Part shown: one piece after another, positions 14,641 to 28,118 of the stretch
How positions within the stretch are numbered: position 1 is the stretch's first letter
Layout: each line of letters begins with the position of its first letter
Source: the human T2T-CHM13v2.0 reference genome, Homo sapiens
Assembly (NCBI RefSeq): GCF_009914755.1
Contig: NC_060927.1
Length of the DNA stretch: 64,000 nt
Strand: one strand, 5' to 3'
The notes under the pieces: model-generated
Told to the model about the DNA's origin: nothing
The model's input: only the letters and a program-made list of their open reading frames with translations
The model's database searches: none
Position numbers and translations under genes: made by a program

Positions 14641-14739
14641 TCCCTGCTGCACCTTCCTAAGGACCCTCTGCCATTCAGTAGCTGCTGTATCACCTTGGGA
14701 ATAACTACTAGGAGATGCTGTCTTTGACAGCAGAAAGGC

Positions 14740-14875
14740 TCAGTTCTCAAACTATGGTTCCTGGAGCTACAGCAGCAGTGGTGGCAACTCTTGGGCCCCA
14801 CCCAACATTGAATGGGAAACTCTGAGATGGGACCCAGCAACGTGTGCTGTAACAAGCACTCCAGGTGATTCCTCA
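14740..14875 (+). mobile_element. MER5A-like hAT fragment
   Basis: cagttctcaaact...gggccccaccc...aaactctgagatgggacccagcaacgtgtgctgtaacaagcactccaggtgattc. Confidence 0.7.
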
Positions 14876-15111
14876 GGCCAGTGGCAGACACCCTCCTAAC
14901 CCTGACAGATCTTGGAATCTAGTCTCTTCCAACCTTAGGCTGGTAGGGGTAAGGGTGGGTGTGGGGGTTCTGCTCCACTCTTCTGAGTGTGCAGGCGGTG
15001 AACATTTATTAAGCACCTACTAGGTGTGCTGACCGCTGATCACTCATTGTCGCATCTATCTTGCCCTGTCAACTAAACCATATATTTATAGTTGAGAGGT
15101 AGATTGGTGTT

Positions 15112-15529
15112 TGATATGGTTTGGATCTGTGTTCCCGCCCACATCTCATGTAGAATTGTAATTCCTAGTGTTGGAGGAGGGGCCTGGTGGGAGGTGAAAG
15201 GATAATGGGGTGGTTTCTCATGGGTTAACACCGTCCCTCTTGGTGCTGTCATTGTGATAATGAGTGAGTTCTAATGAGATCTGGTTGTTTGAAAGTGTGT
15301 GGCACCTCCCCTCTCTTTCCCTTCCTCCTGCTCAGGTCATGTGAAGTGCTGGCTTCCCCTTCACCTTCCGCCATGATTGTAAGTTTCCTGAGGCCTCCCT
15401 AGAAGCTGAGCAGAGGCCACCTTGCTTCCTGTGCAGCCTGTGGAACGGTGAGCCAATTAAACTTCTTTTCTTTATAAATTACTCAGCCTCAGGTATTTAT
15501 TTATAGCAGTCCCAGAATGACCTAATGCA
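15112..15529 (+). mobile_element. MST (MSTA/MSTB) MaLR solo LTR
   Basis: TGATATGGTTTGG start, ...ctaatgCA end, 5-bp TSD GTGTT at 15107-15111 and 15530-15534. Confidence 0.9.
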
Positions 15530-16288
15530 GTGTTTCTGATTCATTCATTCTTTTATTCAACTAATACTAAACAGTATTATGTGCCAGGTATTCTGGGTAC
15601 TGGGGATATAGTGATGAGTTATGCCTTCACAGAAATAAATACATGCAGAAATAAATAAATGAATAAATGCATGCAGAAATGAATGAATGAGTACATGCAT
15701 AAATGAATGAAAATACATGAAGAAATGAATGAAAAAATAAATACCTGCTATAATGCTAGAGTGGCAATAGCTTTGAGGGCAAAGCAGAACCAGAGGATAG
15801 AATGTTCGGTGTGGGAGAGGGGAATGCGCAAAGAGAAGAGGGGGCCACTTGCTTTTTCTTGGATGATATAAAGGATGAATCTCTGTTTGCCCTTTAGTGC
15901 TTGCTCTGAGAAAAGCACCTTGATTTTCTTCCCACCCCGTCAATTCAAAAGTTTCCACCCTCCTTACCCCTACAGTTTTAGGGATAGGCACATGGCCCAT
16001 TTCTGGCCAATCAAAGCATTCATCTCTCTGCCTCTAGCAGTGAATGCTTCTGCACTGGGCACGAGTTGCCTAAAGGAGATTCAATCCCGGGGCTTTTCCT
16101 AGACACTACTGAAAAGAGAGAAAAGAAAAACCTCTCTTCATAACTGCTGATGTCACTGGGCTGCAAGGCTTGGGGCTTGGGGTTTCTGGGGACTACGGAG
16201 AGGGAAGAAGCTCCCTGAAAAACAATGCCTACCTAGAGAAAGTGAGGCTGAGAGGAAGAGAGAGTCCTCATTACAGACCCCACTAGAT

Positions 16289-16828
16289 CAGGGGTCCCCA
16301 ACTCCTGGGCCACAGACTGGTAAGTCATGGTCCCTAGTCTGTTAGGAACTGGGCTGCACAGCAGGAGGTGAGCAGCAGGTGAGCAAGTGAAGCTTCATCT
16401 ATATTTACAGCCCCTCCCCTTTGCTCGCATTCCCACCTGAGCTCTGCCTCCTCTCAGATCAGTGGCAGCATTAGATTCTCATCCGAGCACAAACCCTATT
16501 GTGAATTATGCACGTGAGGGATCTACATTGTGCACTCCTTATAAGAATCTAATGCCTGATGATCTGTCACTGTCTCCCACCACCCCCAGATGGGACTGTC
16601 TAGTGCAGGAAGACAAGTTCCGGGCTCCCACTGATTCTACATTATGGCAAGTTGTATAGTTATTTCATTATATATTACAATGTAATAATAATAGAAATAA
16701 AGTGCACTATAGATGTTATGTGCTCGAATCATCTCAAAACCACACCCGCCTACCGCCAACCCCTGGGTCTGTGGAAAAATTGTCTTCCACGGAACTGGCC
16801 CTGGTGCCAAAAAGGCTGGGGACTGCTG
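16289..16828 (+). mobile_element. MER1A (hAT-Charlie), nested in an older LTR-like sequence
   Basis: caggggtccccaac start, ggggactgctg end, perfect 8-bp TSD CACTAGAT at 16281-16288 and 16829-16836. Confidence 0.9.
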
Positions 16829-18031
16829 CACTAGATCCAGGCATACCTGAAGCACTGGACTTTTTAGTTTCACGAGCCCATACATTACATTTTCGGCAGA
16901 ACGTGTTTCAGTCCTTTGAAACGCAAAGGGTCATAATACTAAACCCAGGGAACACGCAATTCAACACCTGCGTCTGCCTCTTTCAGGGTGTCAATTGCCT
17001 CCTCTGCAAGAAGGGCTGATTAAGAGGATGCAGGAAAGGGAGAGAACCTGTGAGGCTCTCAGCCCGTGGCCAGCAGTGGGTGTTCGGTAACCAGTGGCTG
17101 GATTCCAGAAAATAATAAGCTGTCAAGCTGATTTCTGTTACCTTAGCCTCATGGTGTTCATGTTTTGTGTTTAGGAAACACGTGACTGAGTTCCCAATGA
17201 CAGGATGAGTGGCTGGTCTATTTTTTCTCTCTATTCTGATACTCCAGATGGTACAGTGCACAAGTGTGCCGAGTAGAGACATTTTTCTTTTTCTCAATGA
17301 AATACAATTACATCGAATTCACAGCATTGATGATATTCATTGTCTCAAATCACTGTGTTTTCTGCGGCTGGCTTGAGAGATGTATAATAAGGTACTGATA
17401 AGGATTTTCTCTTTCTAAACTAAATTGTGTGCAGATAGATGACACCTTCTTAGGGCAGCACTTTCTCTCGTCTCAGAATTACAGAAAAGTCAGTCATTCT
17501 GGGGCCAATTTACATTGCTTGTGGGTTTTTTTCCCCACATCCATCAATTTCAGAACAGATTTATATGATGACAGAAGTAAAATTCTCTCAGTGCAGACAT
17601 CCAAATGATTTGCTTTTAATAATATGCAAAACAGGGGTGGAGATGAGGGAGCAGAGCTGCCAGGCTTGGCTGTGCATAAATGAGCTTCAGATGGAGGAGG
17701 CAGGCAGCATTTCCTCCAGCTGAGAACAGCCCAACCCAGATTGCAACCCCAGCAGCCTGAGATGGGGGTGCCGTGGGGTGAGGGCTCTGGAGAAGCAATC
17801 AGGACTGACCAGTCCTTAGACTGGGAATCTGCCCAAGTAACAGAAATAGCCCATTTCTGCATTTTAGCCACTTGGAGCAGTTGGTCTCTATCTGTCATGA
17901 CCATCTTCCCTGTTAGCATCCATCTTGCACCGTGCTTTTTAATCTTTTTTTTTTATTGACTGCCCTCTGGGAGCCTTTTTTATAGGTTTTTTTCCCCTAA
18001 TCCCTTCTAATCTCCCACCAAATTAAAAGAT

Positions 18032-18157
18032 AAATTTCTTAGAGACTGAGTCTCACTGTACTGCTCAGGTTGGCCTTGGACTCCCAGGCTCAAGTGATCC
18101 TCTCGTCTCAGCCTCTCAAGTAGCTGGAACTACTTGTGTGCACCACTGCACCATCCC
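18032..18157 (-). mobile_element. Old Alu monomer (FLAM)
   Basis: Degenerate single arm. Confidence 0.75.
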
Positions 18158-19029
18158 CTTGCCAGGCAGGGTGTCACCGCAGGTGGGGGTGTGCATGCAA
18201 CTTTCTGGGAGAGTGGGCTTCTGACATTTGAGGACAAGGGGCCACTGTACACCATTAGTGACCAACACTCCTGGTGGGCAGTGTGGGGATGGGGAAGCGT
18301 GGGTGCCCTACCAGGAAAGGAGATCTGGGTGGGGCTCAGAGCCTCCCAGCATCACCTTTCTGAGTATCTGTTTTGTTTCTTTTTGGCGATCTGTGAAAAA
18401 GTCACTTTCGATCCTGGCTGAGCCCCTGGTTCTGGGGACGTTTAATCTCAAGTTAGGGACCAGAATTTCCTCTAGCTGCTTAACCAGTGCTTCTCTAATA
18501 TTGGTGAGCTTCAGTCTGTGTTTACATGAGGCAAGCTTTCTAAATGTTTAATTCTTTTCTCACTGTTTGCATCTGCTGCTTCCATGTGCTCAGGCCTCTG
18601 GCTCAGTGAAGACCATCAGGTGCTTAAAACTTGCTTTGTTCTCTAAGCATTACCAAAGATCATGGGAAAGACCAGGAGAGCTTCCTGCTGGTGGCGGCCT
18701 CTGGCTGACAGTTGAAGGTGAAGCAGGCTGTTTCTGCAATAGCTCCAGCGATTCCTTTTACTGGTATTCACGACCTTGTAGAATCCCCTCTTCTGGCGTG
18801 TGGGCTGGATTTCAGGGGCTCTCTGTAAGCTCATGTGGACCCTAAGTACAAAACTGGTAGCGTGACTCCTGAGGTCAATGGGTAACCCAGAAGCACAGGA
18901 AGGAACTACGACGCTGCCTGCAAGGACTTTTACAGGATGAACCCTTATGAGCAGGTGCTTCTGATGAACAGAATTTGGCAGGAGTGATGGCACGTCCCTT
19001 CCAAGTTTAGGATCCAAGACTGTGACTTC

Positions 19030-19614
19030 TGTCTTGCTGACACTCTTGCTTGCCCTTTTGCTTGCTTGCTGTGATGATGCAAGCTGTCATGATGTGAACT
19101 GTCCTGTGGAGAGGTCCACGTGGTGAGGAATGGAAGGAGGCCTCTGGTGAGTACCTGCATCCTGCCATCAACCACCAGCATGAGCCTGGAAGCTGATCCT
19201 GCCCTAGTTGATTTTTTTTTTTTTTTTGAGACAGAGCTGGAGTGCAGTGGTGTGATCTCAGCTCACTGCAGCCTCTGCTTTCTGGGCTCAAGTGATTCTC
19301 CTGCCTCAGTGTCCTGAATAGCTGGGACTACAGGCACACGCCACCATGGCTGGCTAATTTTTGTATTTTTAGTAAAGACGGGATTTCACCATGTTGGCCA
19401 GGCTGTTCTCAAACTCCTGACCTGAAGTGATTCATCCACCTCAGCCTAGTTGATTCTTAAGATGATTGCAAGCTTGTCAGAGAATCGCAGCCAGGGGATC
19501 CAAACAAGTTGCTCCTGAGTTCCTAACACACGGCAACTGTGACATAATCAGTGGTGCTGTTCTAAGCTGCGAAGTTCGTGGGTAATTTGCTGCCCTGCAG
19601 TGGATAACTAGCAC
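19030..19614 (+). mobile_element. MLT1-type MaLR LTR interrupted by an Alu
   Basis: 3' end ctgttctaagctgcgaagttcgtgggtaatttgctgccctgcagtggataactagcac is typical of MLT1. Confidence 0.65.
19212..19444 (-). mobile_element. 5'-truncated AluS
   Basis: TSD cctagttgatt at 19203-19213 and 19445-19455. Confidence 0.9.
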
Positions 19615-19841
19615 GAAGAGTTCTGGGAGGTGAAAACAGACAAAGCCTGTATTGTGCTTCTATAAAACTTACTATTATAAGGAAATCATTTTCCCAGGCC
19701 ATTAAAAACTAGTCATAAATATGATTTTTCATGAATGAATCATAGTTTATTTAGCTATTCTCCTATGATTGGCTATCCTGATTGCCGTCTTTATTTTCTG
19801 TGATGAATAATGCTACCAAGATTTGTATATAAACTGATCCA

Positions 19842-20140
<299 letters not shown>

Positions 20141-20162
20141 TTAATAAAGGAAGCTCATGCTA

Positions 20163-20460
20163 GGCCAGGCATGGTGGCTCATGCCTGTGATTCCAGCACT
20201 TTGGGTGGCTGAGGCAGGTGGATGGCTTGAGGTCAGGCATTTGAGATCAGCCTGGCTAATATGGTGAAACTGTGTCTCTACTAAAAATATAAAAATTAGC
20301 CGGGCATGGTGGCACATGCCTGTAATCCCAGCTACTCAAGAGGCTGAGGCAGGAGACTCACTTGAGCCTAGGAGGCAGATGTTGCAGTGAGCTGAGATTA
20401 TACCACTGCACTCCAGCCTGGGTGACAGAGGGAGACTCCATCTCAAAAAGAAAAAACAAA
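20163..20460 (+). mobile_element. AluS
   Basis: Dimeric Alu directly after the AluY. Confidence 0.95.
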
Positions 20461-20729
20461 AGACAGCTCGTTCTAGACTGAAAACCTTTGGTTCTAGATC
20501 ACTAAGATGGGTTCATATCTGTCTCTGGATCTGCAGACTCTAACTCAGGGCCTGACACGTAGTCGTGCCCATTTAGTGATTACTAGATGATGGAAAAGCC
20601 TGTGGAAATGCTGGATGGGCCTTGTTTCAAGACTTCTTATGTGTGCTTCCAGGAGCGACTGCCCATTGGACAACTACTCCTTTTCAGCCTGTGACTTCTG
20701 AACAGTGAGTAGAAATGTGGACTCATACC

Positions 20730-20900
20730 TCGGCATGCATCTGAATCACCTGGGAGCCTTGTTCAAATGCAGATTCTGGACTCCATTCCCAGGGATTCAG
20801 AATCAGCAGATCTGGGGTGGAGCCTGGGAGTCTTCATTTCTAATGAGCACCCTAAGGATGCCATTGCTGCTGGTCTTTAGGCCACACTGTGGAAGCACCA
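20730..20900. mobile_element. MER5A-like hAT element
   Basis: gcatctgaatcacctgggagccttgttcaaatgcagattctgg...gctgctggtctttaggccacact. Confidence 0.75.
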
Positions 20901-22264
20901 GAGCAGTGGACATCTGCCACTCTTTGGTCTTTTCTTCTTCATTCTCTTGGAGCACTGCCTCCTCCTCACCCTCTGTAGTCTGGGTGGGGCTGCCAACCAA
21001 GGGTGCCCAAACACTGCTGCACAGCGGTGGAAATAGATCTCAGGTGGGTCAGAAAACCGGTGAGTGGTGCACAGGTCAGCATACAACTTGGGTAGGGACA
21101 TTCAGAGTGTATTTGGAGGGATTAAGGTAGATACAGAATGATAAAGAAAATTTCCCTTTGGAGCTTGAGAATAGACAGGATCAAATAGGCCCAGAGACTG
21201 GCTGAGAACGAAGTTAACAAAGCCAGGGAAATGGAGAAACAGTCTCCTCTGGACGAGTTTCAGCCCCAGATCTAGTCATCCATGGACTTCCTAGAAATGG
21301 GCACCAAGACTCTCGTCTTTTGCTTAAGCTCGTTTGAGTTGAGTTTCTGTCTTTTACAAAGGGAATAGGCCTAATTCAGGATTCCTGTGACCTGGAGGAT
21401 GCGAATATGTACATTAGCATCGACGCACTCATAGATGTCTCTGTATAAACTCGTGGGGATTCTAACTATAATCTGCTAGCACAGGTGATGAGACCAACAA
21501 GCGAACCCTCTAGCACGGGAAGGACTGCAAGACTGCTTGCAAGGCCTTTCACCACTTGGATGCCTGTCAGCAGAGGTCTCTGCAGATGGCCAGAAGTGTC
21601 ATCAGCCCAGTTCTCTGCCTCAGGCTTGCTCAAGGAGTACTTGTACACACAGAAGAGGTTTAGTGCAGGTCTATGGAATGATCCTCTGCTTACTTGAGGC
21701 TGGGGAAAGAGGCAGCCTGAGGTCCCTTTATTAGGGGAAAATCCTTTGCTTCTCCAAAAGGAAATGAAGCCGCAGAGGAAGAAGCCTCTGGGAGAAAGGC
21801 TATCGTGACATTGGTTTATGGGGATGGATGGGATGTAATCAATCTAAGGTTTTGATACAGGAAGGGGCGAGGTGGGAGGGGGATACTGTGGGGGCGTAGA
21901 TACCCAGGAAGAGAGAGCGAGGGACAGAGATAGGCAGCTGTGGATGCTGAAGACAGAAGGCCAAGCAACTCTGGGTTTTGAGAGTCTCTGTAGCCAGAAA
22001 CACACTTGATAGTCAAGCAGCATGGTCTCTGTTTTGTGCCGCTTCCCTCTACCCCTTAAATAATCACCTCTTCCTCCTCCCAGCATTTTTTTTCTAATTA
22101 ACTTTCTTATCCTATGGAAAATCTCACTGGTCCGCTCCTTCCTTATGTTTGTTTATTTACTTAGTTGTTAAATATTTATTGCCAGACATCATGCTAGGAT
22201 TAAGTGTTGGGATACAATGGTGACTCAAAAAGCAGAGAGTCCCTGCTCTCATGGACTTTGTAGC

Positions 22265-22267
22265 AGA

Positions 22268-22307
<40 letters not shown>
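22265..22307 (+). repeat. (AG)n microsatellite
   Basis: Seen directly in the sequence. Confidence 0.95.
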
Positions 22308-22935
22308 TGTACTGCAAATACAATAATCACCAAACTGTAAAATTACAAATTCTCATAGGTACTCAGAACTAGTGCCATCTACAAACACCCATCTCTTCTT
22401 TAACAAAACTTTCCTGTTGACTGTCCATATTAACATGACTTGTCATTCCAAGAAACTCTTGTCCTGGAAGCTGAAGTTGCAAATAGGTATATAGAAAATC
22501 CACGTATCCATATTAGAGACTTCTCAACTAGCTCTCATTAGGGTAAATAACCCTTTCTCAAGGCAACAGCTCCCTTAACTAGGCTTATCAAATGACTTTT
22601 CAAGACAGCTTCAAGAGCCTTGCCTTGCTGTGTCCACAAATTTGAAACAATTATGTTATGAACTTTGCCCAAACCCGATCAGACCTTGTGTTGATGGAAG
22701 TGCCTTAAACCAGTCCCCTGAATCTCCTAAATATTCCAACTTTGCCCTTCCACTCTGAGATGCTACTAAGATTCTGACAAGGTTGTGCTTTTTCTTATCA
22801 CTGGAGCAATGAACTTAAAGTTGGCAGATGATGATCTGTGAAGGAGTGGACTTCAATTCTAAGAAATTGTATGACAGACAGTGGAGACCAAAACTGGAAG
22901 TTTCCTTGGAGAGGAAGAATGCTTGAGCTGAGTTC

Positions 22936-23270
22936 TATGTATGTATGTATGTATGTATGTATGTATGTATGTATGTATGTATGTATTTAGAGATGGAGTC
23001 TCACTCCATCACCCAGGCTGGAGTGCAGTGGCATGATCTCAGCTTACTGCAACATCTGCCTCCGGGTTCATGCAATTCTCCTGCCTCAGCCTCCCAAGTA
23101 GCTGGGATTACAGGCGTGTGCCACCACACCTGGCTGATTTTTGTATTTTTAGTACAGATGGGGTTTCACCATGTTGGCCAGGCTGGTCTTGAACTCCTGA
23201 ACTCAGGTGATCTACCTGCCTCGGCCTCCCAAAGTGCTGAGATTACAGGCATGAGCCACCGCGCCCGGCG
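22936..23270 (-). mobile_element. AluS with (TATG)n tail
   Basis: (TATG)n at 22936-22986 followed by a dimeric Alu. Confidence 0.95.
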
Positions 23271-23281
23271 AAGTTGAGTTC

Positions 23282-23587
<306 letters not shown>

Positions 23588-24104
23588 AAGTTGAGTTCTA
23601 AAGGTTGTAAAAGAGTTAATATGTGCAAAGGGAGAGAATACGATAAGGGAGGGGACAGAACGGGAAAGGAAGAACGTACAAAGATCCTGGGGAAGAAAGA
23701 AACATGGGCTTCATGGAACAGGGAAACGCCAGAGAGGTTGGAGCCCAGACAGTGGGGGCATCGCAGTGAGAGTTCAGGCTGGGGAGAGAGGAGGGACCAG
23801 ACCACTCACACGGAGCCTCATCAATGGGCCATGTAAACGATTGTGGCCTTTCTCTGGAGAGCACTGGGAAGCCAATGACAGACTTTTAAAATCCAATTTT
23901 AATTTTATGAAGTGCTCACCATTCACAGTCAGGAAAAAGAATTAATTAGGAGATCGTTCTGGCTATCTTGGGTACAGAAAGCCTGTGTTGCTGGAATTGG
24001 AGAATGAGGGTGCCAGCAGAAGCATGGAAAGAAGTGGATGGATTTGGGAGGTCTGTAGCAAGTAAAACTGAACGCTGGAGAAATTAAGTAAATTGACCAA
24101 AGTC

Positions 24105-24280
24105 ACATAGTGGCTATCTAAATTTATGTTAATTAAGACTACATAAAATTAGAAATTCCCTCTTCTGAGTGGCATCAGCCACATTAGGAGTGTTTAGTAG
24201 ACACATTTGGTTACCATACTGGACACTGCAGTTTAGGGAATAATTTCCACTGTGGCAGAAACAGCTCTTGGATAGCGCTG
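24105..24280. mobile_element. MER3-like hAT element
   Basis: cacatagtggctat...agccacatt...accatactggacactgcag...ttggatagcgctg. Confidence 0.65.
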
Positions 24281-24908
24281 GTCTAGAACCTAGGTCTCCT
24301 GAAATTCCTTGTCTTACGTATGGCCAGATTCCCTGATGCTATAACTCAGTTTGGAGATCCTGAGCACTGAGGGGCAGAAGTCAGTAACTCTACACTGCTT
24401 GATCTCAAGGTGCTCCGCAAACACTATAAAATCAAGCAGGGACCAGAGCAGCTCAATTAATCCTGCCCCCTACACCACGAGGTAGTGACTGAACACTGGA
24501 AGCAGCTGTCACTAACACACTCCTGTGAACTTGATCTCACAGCCACTGGGAGTATATTTCCATCCAGTGGGGCCAAGTATGGCTCTTCCACACACACCAG
24601 CTCTCAGGGCTTTGCCCAACTTCTGAAAATGTTGGCGTGTGGCATGCTCATTTCATGGCTGAAATTGCCCATTTCTGAATTAGATAAAAGATGTCAGAAG
24701 AATAATAAAGTTACTTTTGGCGAGTACATATTTTCTGTAACGAAATAAAATGGGGATTGAAGCAACTACAATTCAATCTTCCATCTCAGAGGTTTATTAA
24801 CTCCAGTCCCACTAGAATCAGTAGCAGAATCTGGGAGTGTAATAAAACGAACTCGTTTTTCACACATTTTTTTCTTGAGTGCTAGTGGTGTAAAGAGAGC
24901 AATAGTAA

Positions 24909-25422
24909 ACACACACACACACCATACACACACACACACACCATACACACACACACCATACACACACACCATACATACACACACACACCATACACACACA
25001 CACCATACACACACACCATACATACACACACACACCACACACACACACCATACACACACACACACCATACACACACACCATACACACACACACACCATAC
25101 ACACACACACCATACACACACACACACACCATACACACACACACACACCATACACACACACACACACACACCATACACACACACCATACATACACACACA
25201 CCATACACACACACACCATACACACACCATACATACACACACACACCACACACACACACACCATACACACACACACACACCATACACACACCATACACAC
25301 ACACCATACACACACACACACACCATACACACACACACACCATACACACACACACACACCATACACACACACACACACACCATACACACACACACACCAT
25401 ACACACACACACGCACACACAC
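24909..25422 (+). repeat. Compound CCATA(CA)n micro/minisatellite, ~510 bp
   Basis: About 30 units of CCATA followed by variable CA runs. Confidence 0.95.
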
Positions 25423-25929
25423 AAAGAGCATCTGTTTAAATTTCCCCTGCTAATATATGACTAAGTTTTGTGGTGATTTTTGTAATCGTACTGTTGTTTT
25501 TGTTTCCAGATGGTGGCTTTCACCTTATCTTAGTTCAGAGCCAGGGCCACAAATCAGAGGCTTTTGTCTTTGCCTCCTGATCCTTGGCAGACATCATTAA
25601 TCAATCACGGTGCTCTTGGCTGATGACTCTGGATGTAGCCTCGCATCCTTCTCTCCCCTGAAGTCCAAGAAACTGAGAGAATAGGTCTGACAGCCAGTTG
25701 CTGTCTTTGGATTAGTCATTTTATCTGGAGTGCAGCAAGGTAAATATTCAGTTCACAGGAAAGCAATAGAAAATTATTCAGAGTTGTCTACTTCTGGGAA
25801 AGAGAAGAACATTATTGCTATTTTGGGGGGCTATTAAGGAAGAATGGTTTACCTTGGTGAACCAGGCAGTGACTGAATCATGGTAGTACATCATAACAGG
25901 AAAGATAGGAATGATCAGCATGATGATAA

Positions 25930-26254
<325 letters not shown>

Positions 26255-27477
26255 CCAGGCTTTTTTTTTTTTTTCCTGGAGAACTCATTGGCTAATATTT
26301 TTGCAACCACAGTCCTATTGATAAGACCTGGGGCTGTCCCACAGTGAAATTTAGCAGAAAGCACGTTGTGTCTCTGATCTGGTTCTGACTCCATTTGTTC
26401 CCTTCTAAATCCCTTGGCAGATGTTCCATTCAAACAAGCAAACTAACTAAGGTTGAATGAAAGAATTCTGGAATTTGGTAAGACTAAGAGAATAGGTGTT
26501 AGTGAATGAATAAATGAACAAAACCCAGCATTTCCAAAGATGGGTTTTATGGAACCATTCCTGGAGTACTAATGAATTTTCTCATCAACTTGTTTTGGAA
26601 ATGCTGAGTTAAACAAAATGAAACAAGCTTCTTTAATGCAGGACTTATCAGAACCTTTATATGTCAATACATCTTGTGTTTCTTCTAAAGGGTGATTCAA
26701 TATGTAGCATGTTGCAAATTTATTTGATCACAGGATTTTTCCCTTTTTCTGGTCTGACCTATGAAGTGTCTTATAAGAAATTAGGTATGTGCTGGAATTA
26801 ACTCTCAGGGGATTCTAGTATTCTAAGAAATACATTTTATGCTTGTCCAAACTCCTCGTTTTACAGATTATTAAAAATGAGTTTCAAAGAGGTCAACATG
26901 ACTTTCTTAGGGTCTTGTAGGATAGTGTTACGCTGGGATTCAAAGCTGTCTGAAGCAAGTGCTTGAGCCAGCAGATTGTATCATTTATTATTGGTTGGAA
27001 ATTTGGAAGTACCTTGGATGTCATTCCTTTTTACAAGAGACCTTGCGTTAATACCATCCCTTCCAGGCAGATAATATAAGTGGACTGGCTGATGTGAAGT
27101 CTCAGGACCATTGTAGCAGATCCTTCCAGTTCATGTTTTGTTGCCAGCAAGGGCTCTAGGTAAAAAGTCTTTGTTGTCCTTACTGATGTCACTATGAAAA
27201 GTGAGTGGTGCCATTATCATTGTTTCTGAATAGTAGTGCACAGCCTCTTCCATTGATCTAGAATGTTTTCACTGATTCTGGCTATTCTAGTTTTGACTAC
27301 AATGGGCATCTTGAATTATGAGTCCCATGAAGGTATAGAGGTGATTTTGGGCATCCTCTTGGATCCTATCAGGGGCTTATATAAACTCTGCAAATTTCAT
27401 GGGATTCCCCTCAGAAAAACCCCTTACCTAGACCTTGAGACCCCTGACAACATTATGGAATTATTTACAATTAAAAA

Positions 27478-27603
27478 AATTACTTTTAGAGATGGGGTCT
27501 TGCTGTGTTGCCCATGCTGAATTTGAACTACTGGACTCAAGCAATCCTCCCCTCTCAGCCTCCAAGTAATTAGGACTACAGGTATGAGCCAACATACCTG
27601 GCT
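27478..27603 (-). mobile_element. FLAM-type Alu monomer
   Basis: Single arm. Confidence 0.8.
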
Positions 27604-27668
27604 GACTATGTAATTACTTTTTCATTTCATGGGCAGTTGATGGAATTAATGGACTATGGTCATTTTCT

Positions 27669-28086
27669 TTCTTTTTTTTTTTTTTAACAATTGCTAATTT
27701 TATTTTTATATATTCCTGTGCCACATTCAATGCCTTTGCCTAACAAAAAGGGCTTAGATCAGAGAGGCTAGACAACTACAAGCAACTTTTCACCCTTTAA
27801 CTATATGATTTTTAAAAGACAACTACTTGATAAAGTGTTCATAATAGTAACCCAGATAGAAACAACAAAATATACTGTGATTAGTCCCAGTTCTTACCAG
27901 TCTGTTTCAGGAGACTGTAAAGTTGCTTTAAAATGATAACAGGAATCTAATACCAAAACAAGTCATAAGAGAATACGACATGAAAACTTCAGGACCAAAT
28001 TCAATGAGCAAGCTCTTTTTTGATTAACAATAGTAATGAAAGTAGATGTGAATGCAATCATCTTCTTTTTTTTAATTCACTTTTAC

Positions 28087-28089
<3 letters not shown>
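27669..28089 (-). other. 3'-transduced unique sequence carried by the SVA, with a second poly(A) tail
   Basis: Lies between the SVA poly(A) and the left TSD; minus-strand AATAAA at 27699-27704 is 13 nt before the poly(A) at 27669-27685. Confidence 0.85.

Positions 28090-28118
<29 letters not shown>

Noticed and set aside
14946-14967. G-quadruplex-compatible motif GGGGTAAGGGTGGGTGTGGGGG
   Set aside because: Such motifs are common and nothing in the context supports a function.
24909-25422. Regularly interspersed repeats suggestive of a CRISPR-like array
   Set aside because: The spacers are only CA runs, the DNA is eukaryotic and there are no cas genes.
24766-25453. Four long ORFs (180-221 aa; CV-rich or HT-rich)
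   Set aside because: They are translations of the CCATA(CA)n array, which lacks stop codons; there is no gene context.
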